The translations under genes were made by a program, and so were the position numbers. The notes beneath the pieces were generated by a model. The model was not told the DNA's origin. It searched no databases and saw only the letters and a list, made by a program, of their open reading frames with translations. From the NCBI GenBank assembly GCA_965214775.1, contig OZ243974.1, forward strand, positions 2,240,001-2,304,000: a DNA stretch of 64,000 bases, read 5' to 3'. Positions 50,147 to 59,809 of the stretch are shown in pieces (positions within the stretch are counted from its first letter, which is position 1; each line of letters opens with the position of its first letter). Source of the DNA: Nitrosopumilus sp. GTDB lineage: Archaea > Thermoproteota > Nitrososphaeria > Nitrososphaerales > Nitrosopumilaceae.

Positions 50147-51702
50147 AGACTTTATGCGTAATCGGCCCATCTGATCTAAAAATACGACACAATAGATCAT
50201 TATTTGCACACCAACAACCCTAAAGATCTGTATGATTCCCTAACTGTATGGGCTCAAATGACAAGACTCTCCAAGCATTTCAAGCGTTACAAGCGCAACA
50301 CGAGATGCTAGTCGAGCAACACGAGATGCTAGTCGAGCAACACGAGCAGGTATCCAAGCAAAACAAACAGATGTCCAAGCAAAACGAGCGTATGAGGAAG
50401 CAGCTTGCGTTTGAGGACTCACTGTGGCAGTCCGAAGAAAACAAGACAAAAAGAGTCGTGCGCGGCGGGACGCCTCTGCGGATGCACGCAATCGAGGTTG
50501 CAGACGGCATAATCGGCGATCCGGTGCGCCTTTGCAACGTCACGGGATGCACAAAGGAGTCATTTACGATCATACTGGAGCGCTTTACGGAAGAAGTCAT
50601 GGACGACGAGGACAGACCCCTGTTCTGGGAGGACGACGTAAGAGGCGGCGATGCCGGAAACCGGTGCAAACTGTACATCAGGCACGCGCTGCTTGCAGTA
50701 CTCATGAGCATAAGGACCAAGGCAACGCAGCATCATCTGGCCGCAACGTTTGACGTCGACCAGTCCACAATGTCCAGGTACCTCCGGTACGGTGCCGTGT
50801 TACTGCGCCGGCTCCTGCCTGCCTCCGAAAAGCTAACAAGCATCATCTGCAAGACCCCGGCAGGCAAGCTGGAGGAGGTGCTGATCCCAAAAAAGACGCT
50901 CCTGATTGACGGCACCCTGACTCCGGTAGACAGGCCCGGGGACAGGACCGCAAGAAAGACCAGATATTCGGGAAGAAAAAAGCGGCACATGTTCAACACG
51001 ATAATTACCTCGAACCTGGACGGCCTCATACTGCACTGCGGCAAGACTGTGGACGGAAGCGTCAACGACAAGGGCGTGATGAACGCAGGGGGCGGCCCGG
51101 ACTTTGGAAGGCACACCGGATCAATGAGGAATGCAAAAAACGCAGACGATCCGGAAGAGGCGTTTGTGATTTACAGCGACCTGGGATTTGAGGGCATTCA
51201 AAAGATGCTTCCGGGCGCCATACACAGGCAGCCCCCAAAGAAGCCCAGGGACGGGGATCTTACTGCAACGCAAAAGAGGCGCCGCAAGCAGATAAGCAGG
51301 GTTCGCGTCAGGGTGGAGCACCACATAGGGCGGCTCAAAAGATATGGCATTCTTACCATGCCGTTTGGCGGAACTGCCAAGGATCTCAATTATTTCATGC
51401 AGATAATCACGGGTCTTGAGAACCTCAAGACGATGTTGAAAAGGAAAAAATACTATGGCCAGCTGCTGCAGCAGCTGCATCTGCTGCCAGACACATGACA
51501 TACGGCGGTACGGACCGCCATTCTTTCTGACTTGTCAACGGGGCACATTGCCGTGCTGCATGGTTGCGCACGTTCTTTTGGCGCAACTGGCTTTTACGTG
51601 CGTCATGACACGAGATGCATGCGGTAATTTGATCCGATCAGCGCATTTGCGTTTGGAAAAGCCTACGGAATTTTTAATCACGGTCGATTACGCATAAAGT
51701 CT
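50147..51702 (+). mobile_element. IS5-family (ISL2/Harbinger-like) element copy 2, intact, 3-bp TSD AGT
   Basis: TIR agactttatgcgtaatcg; agt flanks. Confidence 0.95.
50248..51498 (+). CDS. ISL2/Harbinger-like DDE transposase with N-terminal heptad repeats
   Basis: LIDGT, YSGRKK.H, GSVND, SDLGF, RVRVEHHIGRLK. Confidence 0.93.
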   Translation: MGSNDKTLQAFQALQAQHEMLVEQHEMLVEQHEQVSKQNKQMSKQNERMRKQLAFEDSLWQSEENKTKRVVRGGTPLRMHAIEVADGIIGDPVRLCNVTGCTKESFTIILERFTEEVMDDEDRPLFWEDDVRGGDAGNRCKLYIRHALLAVLMSIRTKATQHHLAATFDVDQSTMSRYLRYGAVLLRRLLPASEKLTSIICKTPAGKLEEVLIPKKTLLIDGTLTPVDRPGDRTARKTRYSGRKKRHMFNTIITSNLDGLILHCGKTVDGSVNDKGVMNAGGGPDFGRHTGSMRNAKNADDPEEAFVIYSDLGFEGIQKMLPGAIHRQPPKKPRDGDLTATQKRRRKQISRVRVRVEHHIGRLKRYGILTMPFGGTAKDLNYFMQIITGLENLKTMLKRKKYYGQLLQQLHLLPDT

Positions 51703-52261
51703 AGTATATTACAAAACTGTCCCCGATGGTAAATTCTCTTTCAAAGTCTTCAAAATGATTAATCGGATAAGGTGGCAATTCTTCAGGAATTCTAAAACTG
51801 ATTTTTATGGTTTGCTCGTCTAACAATGTAAGATCCATCAATTCTCGAGAAAGTGTATGATTCATTCTTACAAAGGTAGTTGAATGAGGATGAGGAGAAT
51901 CAGGTGAGATTTCGCTATTTTTTATTGGTACTGTGTACTTGTAATAATCAGTCAGCGGGTTGTAAAAGACCGGAATCATCACTGCTGCCACCGTGACAAT
52001 TCCAGCTATTAGCAAAATCGAATTTTTCATATCTGATGATGCATTAAAGAAAGAAAAAAGGTTATGGGTTGGTCCAATAATAGGAACCAAGACTCTCTAC
52101 GAGAATTCCAACTATCTAGGGATTTGACGCTGAAGGATCATGATGGAGGGCAGAGGCACAATAGTTGAGATTCAAACCATCATCGCTTAAATCATGCCGC
52201 AATGCTTGAGCCAGATATGGCGTCATTTCAACTGCATTGATTATGGTCTGCGGCCCAGTAT

Positions 52262-53611
52262 CAGTAGACGGAAATGTACCCCCTTTAAATACGTCTGACA
52301 GACGACAGCGTAAAAAAATCTACCAAAAATGTAAACAAATCTAGATCACACAGATCAACTGTAAGGCGCCCCTACCCGCTATAGTGATTGGACAAAATAG
52401 CAGGCAAAAGCACCGCATCAACATGGGCAACAGGGTGCTTAATACCTTGGCAAACATCATAGGCGGCGGGGGCGAGATCAAGTTCTCCAAGCAGCATAAC
52501 GCGCTATACGGACTGTCACAGTTTGTGATGATCCTGGCATCCATGTGCAAATCAGGCCAGACTGCAACAGAGAGCGTGATAGAGTTTGAAGACAGCGAGA
52601 ACCTGCCCACTGCCAGGTGGTTTCACGGAATGGTCCGAACCGCAGGCCTTGACGGAATAAGACAGATTTGCGATGACCTGATGGATATTGCAATCAAGGC
52701 CGCCAAAAAGGGCGGCATTCACAGTAACGGCCCCGTCATGATTGCAATAGACAAGCACGAGATACCGCGGTATGACAAGGACAACATGAAGTATCTGATA
52801 AGATCAAAGCCCAAAAAGGGAACAAGCAAGTTCGAGGCGTATGCGACCATGCAGGCAGTCGACTCTCCTGTCAATGCCACGCTCGGATGCATTCCGCTCA
52901 CAAGGGAGGACTTTGACGCCGATTTCGTGCGTAAATTTGTGAATATTCTCAGGAAATCAAACATAATGTACCGGCTCTTTCTGCTGGACCGGGAGTTCTA
53001 CTCAGTTGACATAATGACAGAGATGTATCATGCAGGAAAAAAGTTCCTGATGCCTGCAATCAAGAATGCCACAGTAAAGAATGCAATAGAGGCGGCACAC
53101 GCAGCAGGCAAGACCAAGGGGAGCTGCGTGTCTGATTTTACCATTACAAACCGCAAAGGCAAGACCGCATCATTTAACCTGGTCATCGTGCCGTCTGCCA
53201 TGCACGGGCAGGAGGGCAAGACAGTAGTGGAACAGTACGTGGCATTTGCCACCAACCTCCCGTTCTCCAACGCGCTGCATGAGATCGATACTGCCTCACC
53301 GGACTACCGGAAGAGGTGGGGCATAGAGACAGGATACAGGCAGATAGAGCAGATACGGGCCAAGACCATAAGCAGGAACCAGGACATCAGGCTGCTTGTA
53401 TTTTTTGTGTCTGTCTTTGTGTACAACATGTGGGCCATCGAGCGCAACAGGGACGACATATGGTGTGCGAGAAGGGATCTTACGTTATTGCGGGTTTCAT
53501 GCGCGCTTCTCATGGCTGCTAGAAGGAATCTTGCAGAATACGGGTTTGCCGGCCCGCCACTGCCGCCGTAGGGTCGAGGTGGCCTTTGGGGGGTTACATT
53601 TCCGTCTACTG
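52262..53611 (+). mobile_element. ISH3-family element B copy 2, 5-bp TSD AGTAT
   Basis: Same TIRs; only a few SNPs relative to copy 1. Confidence 0.95.
52384..53571 (+). CDS. ISH3-family transposase
   Basis: Two aa differences from 26509-27696. Confidence 0.93.
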   Translation: MIGQNSRQKHRINMGNRVLNTLANIIGGGGEIKFSKQHNALYGLSQFVMILASMCKSGQTATESVIEFEDSENLPTARWFHGMVRTAGLDGIRQICDDLMDIAIKAAKKGGIHSNGPVMIAIDKHEIPRYDKDNMKYLIRSKPKKGTSKFEAYATMQAVDSPVNATLGCIPLTREDFDADFVRKFVNILRKSNIMYRLFLLDREFYSVDIMTEMYHAGKKFLMPAIKNATVKNAIEAAHAAGKTKGSCVSDFTITNRKGKTASFNLVIVPSAMHGQEGKTVVEQYVAFATNLPFSNALHEIDTASPDYRKRWGIETGYRQIEQIRAKTISRNQDIRLLVFFVSVFVYNMWAIERNRDDIWCARRDLTLLRVSCALLMAARRNLAEYGFAGPPLPP

Positions 53612-54256
53612 AGTATAGGTGTCACATACTCTTCCATAGAAAGACATGTACTCGCCTCTATAGACGTGCTCCAAATTAGGAGAGCCATAACTGTCATGAT
53701 CAATCGAGTCGGCCCCTGTGGTTGGTTCATCCCAGGTTTCATAGCAGTTGTTATAGTAGCATCCGCCTAGTGAGATTCTAGCATAAATCTCATATGGAAC
53801 TTGAACTTGGGTCCAAGCATATGCTTCTGGCAAAACCACATCCCAGAAATCAATCGACACATTTTTTACTTCTGCCTCGATTTGTCGGATTCTTTCAATC
53901 TCTTCCTGTGTTGCGCCTGGCTGGTGCCTTAGTGCATCAACGTCACATTCTGAATTTCGCTCACAAGCAGCAATATGTGAAACCTCGCCCCAGTAATCTT
54001 CGTCTAAAATGAATAATTCGATTGGAACGCTACCGAGTTCAGCTAGTTTGTTAAAGTTGCCAGCATGTTTTTTTGCTAAATTAACAAATTTCGGGTCTCC
54101 GAGAATTTCTACTAGTCTGTCATTTATTTCTGCTTTGGTTGTTGGAACTGTATGTTGTTCTTCAATCCAACGTATGAGGTCACCTATTCCCCCACATTAG
54201 GTCAAATATTGATGACGATGCCGATCCTTATACCATGATCGCGTATACTAGACATT

Positions 54257-56931
54257 ATGAAAGGTCAACCCTCCACATACTGTGAGATCGAGGCATCTAT
54301 GGCATCGTCGACGGAGAAGATACAGAGTCTGGAAAAGGGCATCAAGGAACGTGACAACATCATCAAGGAACGTGACAACATCATCAAGGAACGTGACACG
54401 ACCATTGAGAAACTAAACAACATAATCAAGGATCAGGGCAGCAGGCTCCGATACTATGAGAACGAGAACTCGCCCCCGTCGGCAGACTCGCTTGCGTGGA
54501 AGGAGCAAAAGGCACAGAGGAAAAAGGAGAGGGCCCGATCCGATGCTGCAGCCGGGAATGACGTAGTATCCTCGGCTACCAATTGATCACAAAAAGGACA
54601 ATTTTTTTCAACCAAAGGATCTAAGAGCTATTAGTCCCATATATACACATGAAAGGAAAGAAGGAATTACCGACGGGAACAGCGTTCCTGTACGGGATAG
54701 CAAGCAAGGACGAGCTTTTTAGGATGCACAAGTCCGAGAAGGACGCCAAGGCGGCAATCCGGCTCCTTGCATACCACATGAGAAAGTGCGGCGCGAGCAT
54801 ATATGATATTGCCGAGAAGCTGAGCAGGCCGTATGGAACCGTACGATACTGGCTGGTGCGTGCGCACAAGCATGGCCTGGAGGGCAGGTTTGACATAAAG
54901 CATGGCGCCCCGTGCAGGCTCGACAAGAAACAGCTTGAACGGCTGCGCGCAGACCTGATCAAGGGCCCGGACAACTGCGGCTTTAAGGCCACAACATGGA
55001 CAGGGCCGCTGGTCATTGCCCACGTCAAAAAGAAGTTCGGCATCACGTATGCAGAAACGAGCATGTACGACCTGCTGCACAGAATCGGCTTCTCATGCAG
55101 AAAGCCCAGGCCAAAACACCCAAAATCAGCCTCAGAATCCGAGAAAAAGGAGTTCAAAAAAAAGCTAGGCAGAGCGCAAAGTACTATTCAAAAAAGGGGT
55201 ACACGGTAATGATAGGCGACGAGTCCATGTTCATACTGGGATGGAACGTCAAGAACAGCTGGTACCCCGTAGGAGAGCCGGTCTATACGCCCGTCAGCCT
55301 GTCCAGGAAGCGGTTCTATGTCATAGGGGCCCTCTCAAGAAACAGGTTTGACTATCGCTTTTACGAAAAGGCCAACACGGGAACGTTCTACAAGTTTCTC
55401 AGGACACTGCGCCGCAAGTACGGCAAGGTGTTGTTGTTTGTCGACAACGCATCGTACCACAAGTCAGCAGAACTCAATAGAAAGATGGCCAAGTGGAACG
55501 GGGACGTGGTGCTAAAGTACCTGCCACCGTACGCGCCGGAGCTTAACAACTCGGAGGGGCAGTGGCGCGGGTTCAAAAAGGCGACTTCAAACTGCCTTTA
55601 CAAGACCGTCAAGGAGATGCAGAGATCACTGCGCAGTATGACGCGCAGGGGCGAGATAAAGGTGGTAAAGATGAACAAATGGCTGACGTAGATACTACGG
55701 CACCAGGAATAACAGGAAAAAGCCCGGCGGCCAAAAGGGCCACAAGGGCGTATCGCGCGTCCACCGGCCCACCCGGGTACAAAGGCACTACTTTCCGGGC
55801 GGACAGGCGCCAGAGTGCTGGTGCGGCACCACCACGAAGATCATGAACAGGCCGCAGACACGCGACATGATTGGATTTGAGATCAAGGCGATTGAGACTC
55901 GCCACGAGTCGCAGAGGGCAGTATGCCCAAAGTGCGGCACGTATCATATTGCCCCCAACGGCCTGCCCCGATGCGGCAACTACGACACGAGCGTGGTCAC
56001 AGCCGTCACCAAGCTGCGCAGCGAGGGCGTTCCATACAGCAGGATCCCAGGCATCCTGTCAGATATCACGGGTGTGGACATGTCAAAGTCAACTGCAATC
56101 AACAACGTGGGGCGCGTCTGCGAGGCCGCAAAGGCGCCTGCCGAGGCCATCGCAAAGGAGGTAAAGATCTCAAAGACCGTCTGCATAGACGAGACGGGGA
56201 TCAACCTGGCAGGCAAGACGGGATGGGTGTGGACCATACTGTCAGCAGCAGGCATACTCATGATATACAACAATACAAGGAAGGCCCTGGTTCTGGACCA
56301 GTACATGAGCGGGTACAAGGGTGTCGTCACATCAGACGGATATCCCGCACACAAGAGGTTCGATCCGGGGGGAAGGCACCAGCGGTGCTGGGCGCACGAG
56401 CTGCGGTCCCTCCTGTATGGTTCGCAGAAAAAGGACGCCCCGCTGTTTGCAGGGATCCTGTACCGGCAGGGGCAGCAGCTGTTCGGAGACGCCAAGACGT
56501 GTCTGGAAGGGTGGGACAAGCTGTCCCCTGAGGATCTCCTGGATCTTGAAGAGAGGACGGGAATAAGGGCCGCCGACGGGCTGATGGGCCGGCACTCGCC
56601 GGAGCTGCGCCGGCGGTTTGAGACCAACATGCGCAACGTCCTGTTCGGATACAGGGATACGCAGGACGAATCGTTGAAAGCTCTTGTCAGGCGGATGTAC
56701 AATGCCCTGCCTGGCCTGTTTGCATTCCTGGAATACGAGGACGTCGAGCCCACCAACAATTCTGCAGAGCGGGCGCTGCGCCCCGTCGTATTGCAGGACA
56801 AGATAAGCGGCCAGATCAAGGGCGGCCTGGTCTGGATGGACAGGTACGGATGGCTCAATACATGCACCTCGACGTGGAAGCTGCAGGGCAAGTCCATCAT
56901 GGTTGAGGTAGCCAAAATAATTCAGGGGTAG
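54257..56931 (+). pseudogene. IS66 transposase split at …AGND|GTRNNRKKPGGQKGHKG
   Basis: NSPPS, KPGGQKGHKG, CPKCG, IDET, SDGY, QRCWAH, PTNNSAERALR; 21-bp heptad repeats at 54340-54398. Confidence 0.92.
54564..55697 (+). mobile_element. IS630-family element C copy 2, CG duplicated; transposase split at the A8 tract (54649-55691)
   Basis: tgaCG[…]CGgcac; one A shorter than copy 1. Confidence 0.93.
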
Positions 56932-56943
56932 GTGACCTCATAC

Positions 56944-57496
56944 GTGCTACCTGTTCGCCTCGATGGACGACGATACGCGCTACTGGCTGGCCTCCGACTT
57001 GGCAGACAGCAAGTTCCAGCACAACGCGGATTCCCTCTTGGAGATAACCAAGAAGCAGGCAGGAAAGAATCCTAGGAACTTCATCACGGACGGCCTGCCG
57101 GCCTATGCCAAGTCCTCAAGGAAGGTATTCGGAAAGGGCACAAACCACGTGAAGCACATCCGTCTGGCAGGAAAAAGGGACAGTGACGACAACAAGATGG
57201 AGAGGCTCAACGGTGAGATCAGAGACCGCGAGAAGGTGTTCAGGGGCCTCAAGAAGATGGATACGGCCATACTTGACGGAATGAGTCTGTCTTTCACTGT
57301 TCTTTCTTCCACCCAGCTGTTCAAGAAGATGGATACGGCCATACTTGACGGAATGAGGGTATACTATAATTTCACAAAAAAGCACGGTGCACTGGACGGC
57401 CAGACCCCTGCAGAATCGGCCCTGATAAGCGTGGACGATGCGAACAAGTGGAAGACGATAATCCAGAACGCCTCACTAAGCAAGGATTCTGTCTAG
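56944..57496 (+). pseudogene. 5'-truncated IS6/IS240-like DDE transposase with an in-frame 72-bp duplication plus insertion
   Basis: YLFASMD, ITDGLPAY, NKMERLNG, YYNF..KH..L.G.TPAE. Confidence 0.8.
57249..57357. repeat. 37-bp exact direct repeat (57249-57285, 57321-57357) around a unique 35-bp insert
   Basis: tcaagaagatggatacggccatacttgacggaatgag x2; insert tctgtctttcactgttctttcttccacccagctgt. Confidence 0.95.
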
Positions 57497-57729
57497 GTAT
57501 AAACTTTCAATTCGGAGAAGATCCTGTCTCAGGTGTCGAAGATTGCACATAACCTCAGGCCGCATGCCGGTTCACAGAAAGCATGTATACAAATACTTCT
57601 GATACCCCCCGTACCATCCATGCGGCTCTGACATGTCTGCTGCGCTGATTTTTTAAAAGGTTTACACACCCAATTTTATGAATAATCAGAAAATGCAATT
57701 CTTTAATATGTTATTCTTAAAATCATTTT

Positions 57730-58377
57730 ATGGCTTCTGAAAATTCTGAAGAAAAGATTTATCCCTTGGGGTATGAGCCACAAGCAACCCCTGCAAACAC
57801 TGATCCAAACGTAAGAAATCAGTTACTGAATTTTATTTTAAAATCTGGGCCCACCGAAGTCGTAGATACGGATCTGTTTGCTGTAATGGCAAAGAGAAGA
57901 TCCACAAGAAAGTTTTCCAAAAAACCCGTAGAGACAGAAAAAATTGACAAAATTATTGCAGCAGCTGACACTGCCCCTACTGCTGGAAACTATCAGGGAT
58001 TTGAAATATTTTATGTGAAAAGTCCCGAGAAGAAAAAACAGCTTGTTCAAGCCTGCAACAACCAGCCATATGTGGATTCGCCTGTGGTTCTGGTTTTCTG
58101 CAAAAATCCTGCAAGAGTTAAATTTGATTTTTCTGAATATGTCTTGAAAAAATTTGCGATTCAAGATGCAACTCTTGCAGCAGGATACTCGCAGCTGGCA
58201 GCTCAGGCATTGGGGTTGAGCTCAATTTGGATAGGGATGTTTGATGAGCAAAAAGTAATGGATGTCATTGAGTCTGATTTGATACCTTCGTCTGTATTGT
58301 GCATTGGATATCCCGAACAGACCAGGTTTCCAAAACCCCGAAGAAACCTCAAAGACTTGGTTCATGTGGTTTGGTAA
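57730..58377 (+). CDS. Nitroreductase-family protein
   Basis: RRSTRKF, APTAGNYQ, LGLSSIWIG, IGYP. Confidence 0.92.
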   Translation: MASENSEEKIYPLGYEPQATPANTDPNVRNQLLNFILKSGPTEVVDTDLFAVMAKRRSTRKFSKKPVETEKIDKIIAAADTAPTAGNYQGFEIFYVKSPEKKKQLVQACNNQPYVDSPVVLVFCKNPARVKFDFSEYVLKKFAIQDATLAAGYSQLAAQALGLSSIWIGMFDEQKVMDVIESDLIPSSVLCIGYPEQTRFPKPRRNLKDLVHVVW

Positions 58378-58428
58378 GCGTTCCTAAAATTCTCCATATT
58401 TAAATAATGATTCGCCTCTGCATTACAT

Positions 58429-58662
58429 ATGACTGATGCGTACGTGATGCTGAACTGTGAGCTAGGCGCAGAAGAAGAAATTATCGAACAATTAAAAGAA
58501 CTTGAACATGTTGTGGATGTTTTTGAGACTATTGGGACTCATGACATGCTGGTAAAACTACAGGCAGAAAATTTTGAGAAAATCCGAGAAATCGTATCTT
58601 GGAATGTTCAAAAACTCAAGAAAGTACGTTCCACTGCAACTCTCATAAAAAAGGATAATTAA
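58429..58662 (+). CDS. Lrp/AsnC ligand-binding domain protein
   Basis: AYVMLNC..G, TIGTHDMLVKL, VRSTATLI. Confidence 0.88.
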   Translation: MTDAYVMLNCELGAEEEIIEQLKELEHVVDVFETIGTHDMLVKLQAENFEKIREIVSWNVQKLKKVRSTATLIKKDN

Positions 58663-58684
58663 GATCGGCATATGGTAGTTTTTT

Positions 58685-58861
58685 ATGGTTGATGAGAAAA
58701 ACGAAATTGAAAAACTCATTGACAACATGATCTCTGGCGGGGATGAGCTAGTTGCAAATCTTAAGACCGTCCTGCCGGACTCTCTTGCAGAATCCATGGC
58801 CCTGTTTCAGGAATCTAACGTGGAGAACCTGAAAAGGATCAAGGATTTCTTAAACAAGTAA
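58685..58861 (+). CDS. 58-aa hypothetical protein (MVDEKNEIEKLIDNMIS…DFLNK)
   Basis: Clean ORF filling the gap; below the track cutoff. Confidence 0.7.
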   Translation: MVDEKNEIEKLIDNMISGGDELVANLKTVLPDSLAESMALFQESNVENLKRIKDFLNK

Positions 58862-58920
58862 AATTATGATTCTGATAAATACTACCACATCTTTTTTAAC
58901 CATGATCCGAGCTATAATTT

Positions 58921-59319
58921 GTGATCCGAAGCAGAACCATCTCAATAACTGTAAAGAAAGAGACCGGGGATGCATTTGATGCAATCTTACAAATTCCGTC
59001 AAAAATGATACCTGATGGAAAATTTTATGATGACCGATGGTGGACATTTGCAGGACAGCACGGCTCATCCAAGCTCAAATTCAACGAGTGCAAGTCTTTT
59101 GGAATTTCAGATCACAGACACATTGATGAAGAATCCGTTGCTTGGGACGCACCGATGCACGTAGTTTCAAGCGGTGATTACTCTGAAGTAATCATTACAC
59201 TGAACAAGCCTGAAGAACTCAGTGATGAGCAGTTTGATCAAATAATGGAGGATATTGGCCAAATGGCAAACAGCATAAAAAAGATAATTGAATCTTCTCC
59301 TGACTTTTCTCAAGGTTGA
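58921..59319 (+). CDS. SRPBCC-like hypothetical protein
   Basis: SRTISITV…, C-terminal helix IKKIIES. Confidence 0.65.
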   Translation: MIRSRTISITVKKETGDAFDAILQIPSKMIPDGKFYDDRWWTFAGQHGSSKLKFNECKSFGISDHRHIDEESVAWDAPMHVVSSGDYSEVIITLNKPEELSDEQFDQIMEDIGQMANSIKKIIESSPDFSQG

Positions 59320-59423
59320 ATTTCGGTATGGGTCAGTTGCTCCTCCCGTCATCCCGACATTGAATTTCTCTAAACACTCTGAAAATGGTGATTTTTTTGT
59401 GTCCTGTCAACATGAATAATGCC

Positions 59424-59513
59424 GTACGGGTTTATCCCTCACCTGAGATACGGCGTGGCAGGCGTGATCATGAAGGCTCCAGACACCAGTATGCCTAAGG
59501 GGTAAACTCGTAC
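59424..59513. mobile_element. MITE family B (90 bp), 9-bp TSD AATAATGCC
   Basis: gtacgggtttatccct…aggggtaaactcgtac. Confidence 0.88.
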
Positions 59514-59687
59514 AATAATGCCAGTAGTTCCGATTGTGGCCTGAAAACCCAGCAAAAGGGCAGTTTTTTCTGATCAACCGGATCTATAGCGGGCAACCCG
59601 TAGTGCGTGCAGTTGAAAATCGAATGTTTTTTTGGCGAAATATGCACGACGTGTCAAAATCATATTCCATTTTTTGATGCTGGTACT

Positions 59688-59809
59688 GGGGTTGTCGCCT
59701 AATTCATCAGAATTTCTGAAAATCATGCGATGTTATCCTGACTAGGTGTGCAAAAAGTGTCAGGAGTTCAGAAAAATGTGCGGATTGTATCAGGCAGGTG
59801 GAATTAGGC
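59688..59809. mobile_element. MITE family C, truncated copy
   Basis: Inverted homologue of 48183-48312. Confidence 0.7.

Larger units (their letters stand above)
49968..52030 (-). pseudogene. Membrane-anchored exported protein split by the ISL2-like element
   Basis: MKNSILLIAGIVTVAAV…GDSFVIY|CQENDYGG…FELR* rejoins in frame. Confidence 0.8.
52116..54171 (-). pseudogene. Uncharacterised gene split by ISH3-B copy 2 and 5'-truncated at the IS66 end
   Basis: Frame …WIEEQHTVP…DFWDVVLPEAYA…VCDTYT|GPQTIIN…SASNP* is open once the IS is removed. Confidence 0.75.
54172..56943 (+). mobile_element. IS66-family element (single transposase gene), interrupted by IS630-C; no TSD
   Basis: TIR gtatgaggtcaccta…taggtgacctcatac. 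Confidence 0.88.

Noticed and set aside
55980-56915. Long antisense or alternative ORFs within IS elements (also 4186-4794, 36567-37208)
   Set aside because: They are shadows of GC-rich transposase genes.
3873-57496. RNA-guided nucleases or recombinases (TnpB, IscB, IS110) among the mobile elements
   Set aside because: All transposases here show DDE-family motifs; no RuvC/Zn-finger TnpB or DEDD recombinase was recognised.
49371-57700. Provirus or integrative element at tRNA-Ser
   Set aside because: No integrase, no duplicated tRNA 3' end and no virion or replication genes seen.
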